Origin: Candidatus Erginobacter occultus
Lineage (GTDB): Bacteria > Auribacterota > Erginobacteria > Erginobacterales > Erginobacteraceae
Reading direction: 5' to 3'
Length of the DNA stretch: 59,606 bases
NCBI GenBank assembly: GCA_030765265.1
Contig: JAVCCZ010000040.1
Coordinates: 1 to 59,606 of the forward strand
Each line of letters starts with the position of its first letter. Positions within the stretch are counted from its first letter, which is position 1. A program made the position numbers and the translations under genes. Below the pieces are notes generated by a model. That model was not told the origin of the DNA. It ran no database searches and saw only the letters and a program-made list of their open reading frames with translations. Positions 8,914 to 17,258 of this stretch are shown here, one piece after another.

Positions 8914-10029
8914 TCAACGCCAGACCGGTTTCCCGAGCCCGGAGAAATAGACGAAAAACGCCTTCAGGGCGGCCCCGTTGAGGAGGCAGAAGGTCAGGGG
9001 GACGGACAACAACTTCCCCGGCTTCCGGCCCCGGAGGACGGCCAGCCAGCCGGCGGCGGCCAGGCCGTAAAAGATCGCCTGGAGATAAAATACCGGCCGC
9101 AGGGCCGCCGGGCCAAAGAGCGAGGAGAACAGCAACCCGAGCAGGGCGAAGGGGACCAGGAGCCGGCAGAGCTTATGGGAGATCAGCTGGAAGGCGATCT
9201 TCGATTTGAACAGCCACCGCGCCCGGGCGAAGGCCTGGTAGTTGCCGGCCAGGGTCCGCACCTTGCGCCGGAACTCGCTTCTCAAGTCGGTGTGTCTTTC
9301 CTCAAAAGCCAGGGCCCGGCTTTCAAAATAGATCCGGTAACCTTTTCGCAGCGGGGAGAGGGGGAGGAGGAAGTCGTCGAGGACGGTATCTTCGGGGAGG
9401 GGGGAGAAGAGCTCCCGGCGGAGCGCCCAGATCGCCCCGGTGGCCCCGACGGTGGAATAAAGCCGGCTCTCCCTTTCCCGGATGAATTTCTCCAGCCGCC
9501 AGTACCAGTCAACCGACAATTCACCCCCGGCCGCCGCTTCCTCCCTGAGGACCAGGGCTCCGCTGACCGCACCCACCCCGGGGTCGGAGAAACCGGCCAG
9601 GAGCAGATTCAGCGCTTCCGGGGAAAAAAAGGCGCTGGCGTCGGTAAAGACAATTATCTCCCCGGAGAGCCCCGGCGCCGCCCGGTTGATGGCGCTCATC
9701 TTCCCCCGGTGTTCCGGGTAGGCCTCCAGGCGGACCGAGCGGGAGAGAAAAGGCCGGACCAGCTCCGCCGTCCGGTCGCTGGAACCGTCGGAGGCGACCA
9801 CGATCTCCAGTTTCTCTTCCGGGTAGTCCAGGGACAGCGCGTTCTTAAGCTTTTTGACAATCACCTCCTGCTCGTTATATACCGGGATCAGGATACTGAC
9901 CCGGGGCCGGGGACGGCCGGAGTAATCCGGGCGGGGATTTCTCCCCAACGTCAGCCCCAGGAGAACGAGCGGGTACCCGAGGTAGGCATACATAATCAGC
10001 AGAGCTGAAATTATAAACAGGATCTCCAT
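8914..10029 (-). CDS. membrane-associated family 2 glycosyltransferase
   Basis: VSILIPVYNEQEVI, VASDGSSDRT and FTDASAFF (DxD-like), with N- and C-terminal TM segments. Confidence 0.85.
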   Translation of the reverse strand: MEILFIISALLIMYAYLGYPLVLLGLTLGRNPRPDYSGRPRPRVSILIPVYNEQEVIVKKLKNALSLDYPEEKLEIVVASDGSSDRTAELVRPFLSRSVRLEAYPEHRGKMSAINRAAPGLSGEIIVFTDASAFFSPEALNLLLAGFSDPGVGAVSGALVLREEAAAGGELSVDWYWRLEKFIRERESRLYSTVGATGAIWALRRELFSPLPEDTVLDDFLLPLSPLRKGYRIYFESRALAFEERHTDLRSEFRRKVRTLAGNYQAFARARWLFKSKIAFQLISHKLCRLLVPFALLGLLFSSLFGPAALRPVFYLQAIFYGLAAAGWLAVLRGRKPGKLLSVPLTFCLLNGAALKAFFVYFSGLGKPVWR

Positions 10030-10083
10030 CTCGGAAATTCCCTTCCCGTCGCACGGGCGGGCTAAATAAAATCAATATACGGC

Positions 10084-10111
10084 TTGACAGCGGCAGGGAG
10101 AGGTTTAGTAT
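10084..10111 (+). promoter_or_regulatory. candidate sigma70-type promoter (TTGACA, 16 nt, TAGTAT) for the 10177 operon
   Basis: TTGACA at 10084-10089 and TAGTAT at 10106-10111 lie in the divergent intergenic region. An AGGAG RBS precedes the ATG at 10177. Confidence 0.35.
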
Positions 10112-10176
10112 CTTACTGTAGCCGAATAATAACGCCATTCTTTTTTATCTTACTATCGTCATCAGGAGAATAAGCT

Positions 10177-11016
10177 ATGGCTCCCGAAGAAATCGAAGAC
10201 AGGAAAACCAATCCGAAAGCGGAAAATTCCCCGAAACCGGAAACCCCGGCATCAGACGGCCGGCCCGGCCCGGCCCGGATAATTTTCCCGGTGGTTATCG
10301 GGCTGCTGATTGTGGCGGCCATCGCCCTCTTCGCCAAGACCCGCTCGCAATCGGCCAAACTGGAAGAGGAGGCCCGGGCCCGGCAGATCGCCCAGGAACA
10401 GGCCGCCGACCTGGAACGGGACCTCTCCGACCGGCTGCGGGAACTCAACGACATCTCCGACCAGCTCCGGATGACGGAGGCCGTCCGCGGCCAGCTCCAG
10501 GAAGAAGTGGTGGAGCTGCGGGCCGGCCGGACCCAGCTCCAGTCCCGGGTCGAGACGCTGCAGAACCAGAACGAGAGCCTCGACGAACGGCTTCAGGCGG
10601 AACAAGCCTCTTTGGCCGAACTGCGCCAGGATTTCCAGGAGAGCCGGGACGCGCAGAAACGCTACCTGGAGCAGATCGAAAAGCTGCTGGAAGACAAAAG
10701 CGAACTCCAGGACCGCCTGGCCCGGAAACCGGCGGTGGATATGCCGGGGCTGCTGGTCACCGATGGACGGGAGGATTTCCCGGCGCTCCGGGGGACCATC
10801 CTCAAAGTCAACTCCGATTATGACTTCGTGGTGATCAACCGGGGGAGCGGCGATGGGGTGGTCGCCGGCGTCCGGTTCCGTGTCCTCGACGACGACCAGG
10901 AAGTCGGAGAAGTAACAGCGACCCGGGTCCTGCCGGATATGACGGTAGCCGATATCAATCCCGCCCTGACTCACCGCCAGCTGAAGACCGGCTTCACCGT
11001 CCTGGTTGATGAATAG
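10177..11016 (+). CDS. single-pass membrane protein with long coiled coil and a C-terminal beta-rich domain (function unknown)
   Basis: TM segment IIFPVVIGLLIVAAIALF followed by heptad-rich sequence (LEEEARARQIAQEQAADLERDL...LQSRVETLQNQNESL...). Overlaps the next gene by 11 nt. Confidence 0.6.
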   Translation: MAPEEIEDRKTNPKAENSPKPETPASDGRPGPARIIFPVVIGLLIVAAIALFAKTRSQSAKLEEEARARQIAQEQAADLERDLSDRLRELNDISDQLRMTEAVRGQLQEEVVELRAGRTQLQSRVETLQNQNESLDERLQAEQASLAELRQDFQESRDAQKRYLEQIEKLLEDKSELQDRLARKPAVDMPGLLVTDGREDFPALRGTILKVNSDYDFVVINRGSGDGVVAGVRFRVLDDDQEVGEVTATRVLPDMTVADINPALTHRQLKTGFTVLVDE

Positions 11017-12409
11017 CAAGAGCCGGACTCCCAAACTCGCCCTGATCCTCGGTTCGCTGACCATAGACTCGATCCTGGTCCTCGGCGCGGAAATCGCCGG
11101 GTTCTTTCTCCGGTTCGGGAGAACCGAAGGACCCTTCCCCCGGCCCAACTTCGCCGACTTTCTCAAGATCATCCTCCCGATCATCGTCCTCCGGCTGCTC
11201 TGTTTCTTTATCTACGGCCTCTACGATAAGCCGAAGTACAAGACCACGTACGACACCGTCCTCAACATCATCAAGGCCACCACCGCCAGCACCCTGGTGA
11301 TTATGGTGGCGGCCTTCCTCTTCCGGGCTTTCGCCTATCCCCGGACGGTTATCTTCTACTCCTGGTTTCTGACCATAATTTTGATCATCGCCTGGCGGAT
11401 ACTGGCCCGGAGGCTGATCAACCTGGTGCTGGGGAAGGACTATTTCATCTCCCATACTTTGATCGTCGGCACCGACCACTCCGCCCAGCGGATCGCCACC
11501 CGGTTGCTCCGGGAGGCTCATATCTCCCGGAGGCTGGTCGGGTTCATCAGCCTGAGCCGGACCGCCGACCCCCAGCCGGAGAACCCGTTCCACCTGGGCG
11601 GGATTGACGAAATCCCCCGTCTGATCGACCTCTACCCGATCGACGAAGTGGTGATCGCCAGCCAGATGCCGAAAGAAACCGTCCTCTCGATCTTCGCCCT
11701 CTTCAGCCAGACCGACGTCGTCTTCCGGATCGTCCCCAGTCTCTACGAGGCAACCATCGGCTCGATGGCCGGGTCCCCGACCGAACTGGTCCCGATGATC
11801 AGCCCGATCTCCAACCGGGTAATCCGCTACAAGGATTTAAAGCGGCTGATCGATACCGCGGCCTCCATCCTCGGCCTGATTATCTTCTCTCCCCTGCTGC
11901 TTTTGATCGCCCTGGCGGTTAAACTCTCCTCTTCCGGCCCGGTCCTCTACCGCCAGGAACGGGCGGGGCTTCACGGCCAGCCTTTCCTGGTCTATAAATT
12001 CCGGACGATGTTCGCCGACAGCGAAGCCGACGGCCCGGAGTTCGCCCGTCCCAACGATCCCCGGTGCACCAGGGTGGGTAGATTCCTGCGGAGATTCCGG
12101 CTCGACGAACTGCCCCAGCTCTACAACGTCCTGATCAACGAGATGAGCCTGATCGGACCCCGCCCGGAGCGGCCGTATTTTGTCCGGGAACTGGTGGAGA
12201 AAATCCCCTTTTACGCCGAGCGGCTGGAAGTCAAACCAGGGATCACCGGCTGGGCCCAGGTGACCTATGGCTATTCCACTTCGACCACCGAACACCGGGA
12301 GAAGCTGCTCTACGACATCTTTTACCTGGAGAATATGTCTTTCGCCCTCGATGTTTTGATCGTAATCAAGACCCTGGGAGTGATCTTGCGGGGGAAAGGA
12401 GCTCAGTAA
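11006..12409 (+). CDS. EPS priming polyprenyl-phosphate sugar-phosphate transferase (WbaP/EpsB-like bacterial sugar transferase)
   Basis: N-terminal TM bundle plus a C-terminal catalytic domain: KRLIDTAASILGL, GPVLYRQERAG, FLVYKFRTM, DELPQLYNVL, LIGPRPERP and GITGWAQV. Confidence 0.9.
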   Translation: MMNSKSRTPKLALILGSLTIDSILVLGAEIAGFFLRFGRTEGPFPRPNFADFLKIILPIIVLRLLCFFIYGLYDKPKYKTTYDTVLNIIKATTASTLVIMVAAFLFRAFAYPRTVIFYSWFLTIILIIAWRILARRLINLVLGKDYFISHTLIVGTDHSAQRIATRLLREAHISRRLVGFISLSRTADPQPENPFHLGGIDEIPRLIDLYPIDEVVIASQMPKETVLSIFALFSQTDVVFRIVPSLYEATIGSMAGSPTELVPMISPISNRVIRYKDLKRLIDTAASILGLIIFSPLLLLIALAVKLSSSGPVLYRQERAGLHGQPFLVYKFRTMFADSEADGPEFARPNDPRCTRVGRFLRRFRLDELPQLYNVLINEMSLIGPRPERPYFVRELVEKIPFYAERLEVKPGITGWAQVTYGYSTSTTEHREKLLYDIFYLENMSFALDVLIVIKTLGVILRGKGAQ

Positions 12410-12415
12410 GAGAAG

Positions 12416-12436
12416 GTGATCGGTAATCAGTAATCG
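12416..12436. repeat. tandem heptamer array, 3 units, opposite orientation (GTGATCG GTAATCA GTAATCG)
   Basis: Read directly. It lies between convergent genes and contains the epsI stop (12427-12429). It encodes ..ATDY. Confidence 0.85.
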
Positions 12437-13086
12437 GTGGCCTGGTCACTTTTCAGCAGGTACTGCTCGAGGGCGGGGAGGAGGGAGCGGGCGAAGTCGG
12501 CGACCATCTCGTCTCCGATCTCCGGGTCGAACGCCCCCTCCACCGAAACCCGGACCAGCAGCGCCGGCCGGGGCTCTCCCAGCAGGATATTGCCGATAAT
12601 CAGTAGCTGCTGGCGGTAATAGTCCCCGAGGATTGTCTCCCCGTAGGTATACCAGTAATAGACCAGGCTCTTCCCCCGCGGCCCGAGAAAGACCATCCGA
12701 TGGGCCGGAACCATCCCCCCCGCCCATTCGACGGACTTTTGGCCCCGCTCCACCATCTCGGTCCGGCCCCCAACGTAGCAGTACTTCGGGGGGTGGAAAC
12801 TCGCCCGGTTGGAGGAACACTCGAGGATATAGAGGTAGAGGAACCGGTCTCCCTGCCGGTAGAGGCGGAGGAGGAGGTTATCGGTCCCGAGAATCGCCCG
12901 GTCCCGGGCCGAGACCGGGATATCCTCCCCGCTCCAGTCCCCGATCTTCAGGGGAAGCCGGTCAAGGTCCCCGGCGGGGAGAATGTCCTCCCGCCCCCGT
13001 TCGAGCAGCCAGCCCAGGAACCCGGACGCCAGGACCAGGAAGAGACAGCAGAAATATGCCCGCCTTCCGGTTAACGGAGCAGCCAT
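12427..13086 (-). CDS. epsI: exosortase-associated EpsI family protein
   Basis: N-terminal TM segment, then LPLKIGDWSGEDIPVS, FHPPKYCYVGG and LVYYWYTYGE, as in EpsI. Overlaps the exosortase stop by 16 nt. Confidence 0.75.
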   Translation of the reverse strand: MAAPLTGRRAYFCCLFLVLASGFLGWLLERGREDILPAGDLDRLPLKIGDWSGEDIPVSARDRAILGTDNLLLRLYRQGDRFLYLYILECSSNRASFHPPKYCYVGGRTEMVERGQKSVEWAGGMVPAHRMVFLGPRGKSLVYYWYTYGETILGDYYRQQLLIIGNILLGEPRPALLVRVSVEGAFDPEIGDEMVADFARSLLPALEQYLLKSDQATDY

Positions 13087-13946
13087 CGCGCCACCTGAAG
13101 AAAGATTAAGAAACAGAACAGGAAGATCCCGATCCCCAGAGCGATATGCCAGAACCCGGAGAGGATACCCGGCCCGGCCGTCTGGCGGAGAACGATCAGG
13201 CTGACGACCCGGAGGAGGTTGCTTAAGGGGGCGAGCAGCACGGCGGCCGCGAAGAGAACCGTCCGGCGGGGAAAGCTCAAGGGGAGGAGGAGTGCGAAAA
13301 ACCCGCCCAGGGCGCCGAAGGAAAAGAGCGACCGCAGTCCGCTGCAGGGGTCCCCGATCTTCAAGGTCTCCCCGGGGGGGCCGGAGGGAAGAATAATCTC
13401 GATCCCGCTGTGGACAATCGGGATTCCCAGCAATCTCCCCAGGGCAACCCCGGCGTCGACGGCCGCGGTCTTGAGCCGGAAAGTGATGGCGATGATCCAG
13501 ATCCCCGGGAGCGGGATCATCAAGACGGTCAAGAGCAGCGGTCCGACCAGGTACCGGGCCCGGCCGAAGCCGAACCGGGCCAGGACCAGGCTGAAGACCA
13601 CCACCGGCAGCGCGGCCGCGGAAAGAAAGTTGATCCCGAATAACCGGGCCAGGAGATGAAGGGCCAGAGCCGGGACCAGGATGACCAGGCCGGACCGGCT
13701 CGGCCGGGGGGGGACGGCGAGGATAAGCTCCCGGCGCCGGTAGATCAGGAACGCGATTGCCGCCGGGATCAGCCAGCCGTGGCCGTAATAGGAGTTCTCC
13801 TCGAAAAACCGGGCGTTCATCCAGACCAGGGTGGGATAGAACAGGAAGATGACCGCGGCCGCCATCAGGGAAAAGGAGGCGATCATTTTTCCCCGACCGG
13901 AGCAGCCTCCGCTCTCCCCGGCAACGGCAAGGGCGACCGGTCTCAT
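13071..13946 (-). CDS. exosortase (EpsH/Xrt family transpeptidase)
   Basis: Polytopic protein with IGDPCSGLRSLFSF (catalytic Cys), NLLRV (Arg) and FWHIALG (His). The start is set at the ATG at 13944-13946, which forms an ATGA overlap with the deacetylase stop. The track ORF runs to 14030. Confidence 0.85.
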   Translation of the reverse strand: MRPVALAVAGESGGCSGRGKMIASFSLMAAAVIFLFYPTLVWMNARFFEENSYYGHGWLIPAAIAFLIYRRRELILAVPPRPSRSGLVILVPALALHLLARLFGINFLSAAALPVVVFSLVLARFGFGRARYLVGPLLLTVLMIPLPGIWIIAITFRLKTAAVDAGVALGRLLGIPIVHSGIEIILPSGPPGETLKIGDPCSGLRSLFSFGALGGFFALLLPLSFPRRTVLFAAAVLLAPLSNLLRVVSLIVLRQTAGPGILSGFWHIALGIGIFLFCFLIFLQVARWLLR

Positions 13947-14728
13947 CGCCCCTCCTCCCCCGGCCGGCGGTGGCGGAGCCGGAAGAGATCCCGCAGGGAT
14001 TCGGCCAGGTAGATCTTCCCGTACCCCCACCCCCGGCCGGAGAGGAGGGCCCGGAATTCTCTTGTGGAGATCCCGGCCCGGATCGGAAACCGGCGGAGCC
14101 GGAAGGGATCGGTCCGGAGAGTATTGAAGCCCGGACGGGAGGTGCAGAGCCCGCGGTAGCCGGCCCTGCGGGCCAGCCGGGGAAGGGCCGGGGGCAGGTA
14201 GCCCCGGGGGAGGGAGAAATGTTCCGCTTTCAGGGCGAGATTTTCCGCCAGCAGCCGGCGGGACTCCTCCAGTTCCCAGCGGAGGTCCGTCTCACCCCGC
14301 TGGGCCATCAGTTCGTGGTTAAGACCGTGGGAACCGATCTCCATCCCGGCGTCCCGGAGCCGGGCGGCCTCATCCCAGGTCAGCATCCCCGGCCGGCCCA
14401 GGTGGGAGACACTGAGGAAGAAGGCGGCCCGGAAGCCAAAGGAACGAAGCAGGGGAAAGGCATCCGTGAGGTTATCGGCGTAGCCGTCGTCGAAGGTCAG
14501 GATGACCGGACGGGGAGGAAGCTTCCCCCTCCCCTCGCGGGCCGCAGCCAGGTCTTTCGGGAGGATCGGAGTCCAGGCGCCGGAGAGAAGGACGGAGAGG
14601 TGGTCTGAGAAAACCGCCGGGGAGACCCGGTAGCCGATCGGCCGGCAGGCGGGGGGGAGTTCCCCGTACTCCCCGGAGTCGGAGACGCTGTGGTACATCA
14701 GGATGGGAATATTTAACCGCGGGTTCAT
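13943..14728 (-). CDS. polysaccharide deacetylase family protein
   Basis: ILMYHSVSD, ILTFDDGYADN and GSHGLNHE motifs (NodB fold). Confidence 0.85.
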   Translation of the reverse strand: MNPRLNIPILMYHSVSDSGEYGELPPACRPIGYRVSPAVFSDHLSVLLSGAWTPILPKDLAAAREGRGKLPPRPVILTFDDGYADNLTDAFPLLRSFGFRAAFFLSVSHLGRPGMLTWDEAARLRDAGMEIGSHGLNHELMAQRGETDLRWELEESRRLLAENLALKAEHFSLPRGYLPPALPRLARRAGYRGLCTSRPGFNTLRTDPFRLRRFPIRAGISTREFRALLSGRGWGYGKIYLAESLRDLFRLRHRRPGEEGR

Positions 14729-14775
14729 TGATTTTCGATAGCGATATTAATTCAACCGGTCTGGATTGGCCATCA

Positions 14776-14805
14776 ATCGGGATCGGGATCGCTATCGCTA
14801 TCGAT
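14776..14805. repeat. tandem hexamer array (ATCGGG ATCGGG ATCGCT ATCGCT ATCGAT)
   Basis: Read directly. Same motif family as the 4434 hairpin and 46273. TCGATAGCGATA at 14735-14746 is the reverse complement of 14793-14804. Confidence 0.85.
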
Positions 14806-14808
14806 CGG

Positions 14809-15690
14809 CTATTTGGGACTCTGGCGAAGTTTATCCCCCGCCGGCCGGAACTCGAAGAGGGTGATCTCCGGCGGGCAGAGGAACCGGACCGGGAGCGCCT
14901 TGGGGGCGATCCCCCGGTTGACATAAAGGACCCCTCCCCCGAGGGAGTAGAGTCCCCGGATATACTTCGACCGGCCGAAATACCGGTGAAAGATCGCCGG
15001 CCAGCCGGGCAGACCGATCAAACCCCCGTGGGTATCCCCGGAGAGGACCAGGTCGGCGCCTCTCTCGATCAGCAGCGGGGCCAGGTCGGGGTCATAGGAG
15101 AGGAAGATCAGGGGCGCTCCGGCCGGCAGGTCTTCCAGGATACGGTCGATCTTTTCCGTCACCCCCGGAACCTCGTAACCGGGGAAATCGATCCCCGCCA
15201 GGTAGAATATCTCCCCCCGCCGTCCGGCCATCGGCAGGCATTTTCCTCCGACCAGGGAGAGGCCGGCCCGCTTCCATCGCTCTTCATACCCTCCCGGGGG
15301 CAGGTAGATCCGGTCGGAATTGCCGAGGATGGCGTAACTCCAGATCCGGGGACGGAACTTTTTTACCAGTTCCTCCACCAGTTCCGGGGCCGCGGCTTCC
15401 ACCAGGTCGCCGGTGATCAGGATGATATCCGGTTCGATCCGGTTGAGCTTCCGGACCAGTTCCCTTTCCCGGAACCCCAGGCCGCCTTTCAGGTGGAGGT
15501 CGGAGATCTGGGCGATGGTCATCCCGGCCAGGGGCCCGGAGAGTCGTTCGTCCTCGATGATCACCCGCTCGACGACGATCCAGTTCGGCTCCAGAACCAG
15601 GGCGGTGAAGATGAGGAACCCGAGGACGGCGGCCGCCGAACCTCCGAACATAACCGCAACCAGCAGAATCTTTCGCCCCCTCCTCCTCAT
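14809..15690 (-). CDS. membrane-anchored metallophosphoesterase (calcineurin-like)
   Basis: N-terminal TM segment, then ISDLHL, ILITGDLVE and LSGDTHGG motifs. ATGA overlap with the upstream gene. Confidence 0.8.
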   Translation of the reverse strand: MRRRGRKILLVAVMFGGSAAAVLGFLIFTALVLEPNWIVVERVIIEDERLSGPLAGMTIAQISDLHLKGGLGFRERELVRKLNRIEPDIILITGDLVEAAAPELVEELVKKFRPRIWSYAILGNSDRIYLPPGGYEERWKRAGLSLVGGKCLPMAGRRGEIFYLAGIDFPGYEVPGVTEKIDRILEDLPAGAPLIFLSYDPDLAPLLIERGADLVLSGDTHGGLIGLPGWPAIFHRYFGRSKYIRGLYSLGGGVLYVNRGIAPKALPVRFLCPPEITLFEFRPAGDKLRQSPK

Positions 15691-17174
15691 TCGACCGTGA
15701 TCGTCCCCACCTCCCAGTTTTGGATCTCGAGATTGGTATAGGGCTGCTTGATGTAGTCAACCGGCCCTTCCGCCTGCATCACGTTGATCACCTCCTGCCG
15801 CCCGTCGTAGGCCATCCAGTCATCGATCTTGACATAACCACTTCCCGGGGAATCGGCGACGACATAGAGACCGGCCCGGACGACATAGGTCCCGGGGGGG
15901 GCGTCGGCCGAAATCATCAGGGGTCCGGAATCGACCGCCGCCTCCTCGTTCAACCGCCAGTTCCGGATCGGGGGAGTGAGACCGACGTCGGAACCGATAT
16001 TACCGGCCATATCGTTGACCCGGTAAACGTGGGTAAAGAGCTTATGGCGCTGAAAGATCGGCTGGTCGATAGTGAAGATGAACCGGATCAGGAAGGGACG
16101 GCCCCGCTCGACCTCTTCGGGCGCCTCCATCCGGACAAAGGTCACCGCCGGCTTCCCGGTCGGCTGGCCCCGGGAGATCAGCCGGAGGCCGGAGATATAG
16201 AAGGTGAAGGGGGTGGACGGGTTGACCAGGAAAAACTTTATCCGGCTGATCGCGCTGACGTTGATGGAACCGCTGAGATCGACCGTGGAGATCTCCAACC
16301 GTTCGGTCCGGCCCGAGGCCAGGGGGAAGGTTTTCTCGTAAACCCGTCCCGACCGGTCGGTAATCTGGAACCGCAAACTCCCCCCGCGGTTATCCGGGGG
16401 AAGATGTAGATTGAGCCGGAGGGTGTCGTAGGTCGACCAGTCGGCCCGGTCGGGGCGGAGGTTGAAGAAATTCTGAAGGATCACCCCCGGGTACTCGGCC
16501 ATCCCGGGGAGGATGGTAACCCGGACGGCGGAGACCGTCTCTTCGGCTTCGTCCTGGTAGCCCATAAACTCCACCCGCGCGCCCAGGGTCTCCCAGAAGA
16601 CGATCTCCGCCTCGCTGTCAAAGGCGATCAGGTCAAACTCGCTGGGACCATCCGGGTCGGCCCTTTCCGTAGCGGCCACCGTCAGCCGTCCGATGATGAA
16701 GTTCTCGATCTCGGGGTTGAGGTAGGGTTCCCGGACGTAGAGGACCACGTCCTCTTCCCGGACAATCCGGAGCAGGCCGGCCCGGATGTCGTATTCGCCC
16801 GGCTCGAGGTTGAAGGGGATCGCCAGGTCGAAGGGCCCCGCCTCCGCCACCTGGTTGACGTCCCAGCGCCGGGTGGAGTTGCGGGGGGAGAAATCGGCGT
16901 TGAGCACGGTATCGGTCTGCCCGGGGCGGACCAGGTGGAAGAATACCTTCAGGTTCTCCTCCAGGGGGCTGGTCGCCTTGAAGAAGAGGCTGCCGCTGAC
17001 CAGCTGCCCCTGGGCGATTACGGTTTGCAGGTTGAAACTGATCAATTCCAGCCGGGGGTCGCCATCCCGGACCTCGGTCCGGGAAGTCCCGTATCCCTGC
17101 CCGAAAAGGAGGTTGGGTAAAAGTGCCGGCAGGATAACCAGCGCCAATCCGGTTAACAGCGCCATCTTTTTCAT
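15687..17174 (-). CDS. secreted protein with two copies of an uncharacterised ~120-aa domain
   Basis: Signal peptide MKKMALLTGLALVILPALLPNLLFG. The internal repeat ends in PGEYDIRAGL...PYLNPEIENFIIGRLTV and PGTYVVRAGL...PYTNLEIQNWEVGTITV. Confidence 0.7.
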   Translation of the reverse strand: MKKMALLTGLALVILPALLPNLLFGQGYGTSRTEVRDGDPRLELISFNLQTVIAQGQLVSGSLFFKATSPLEENLKVFFHLVRPGQTDTVLNADFSPRNSTRRWDVNQVAEAGPFDLAIPFNLEPGEYDIRAGLLRIVREEDVVLYVREPYLNPEIENFIIGRLTVAATERADPDGPSEFDLIAFDSEAEIVFWETLGARVEFMGYQDEAEETVSAVRVTILPGMAEYPGVILQNFFNLRPDRADWSTYDTLRLNLHLPPDNRGGSLRFQITDRSGRVYEKTFPLASGRTERLEISTVDLSGSINVSAISRIKFFLVNPSTPFTFYISGLRLISRGQPTGKPAVTFVRMEAPEEVERGRPFLIRFIFTIDQPIFQRHKLFTHVYRVNDMAGNIGSDVGLTPPIRNWRLNEEAAVDSGPLMISADAPPGTYVVRAGLYVVADSPGSGYVKIDDWMAYDGRQEVINVMQAEGPVDYIKQPYTNLEIQNWEVGTITVE

Positions 17175-17258
17175 TGTCCTTCCCTCGGCCGACGGCCGGT
17201 TGCGGAGATCGTTGAACTAAGATCCTTAGCCCTAAATTTTTTCCGAGAAAATTTTATA

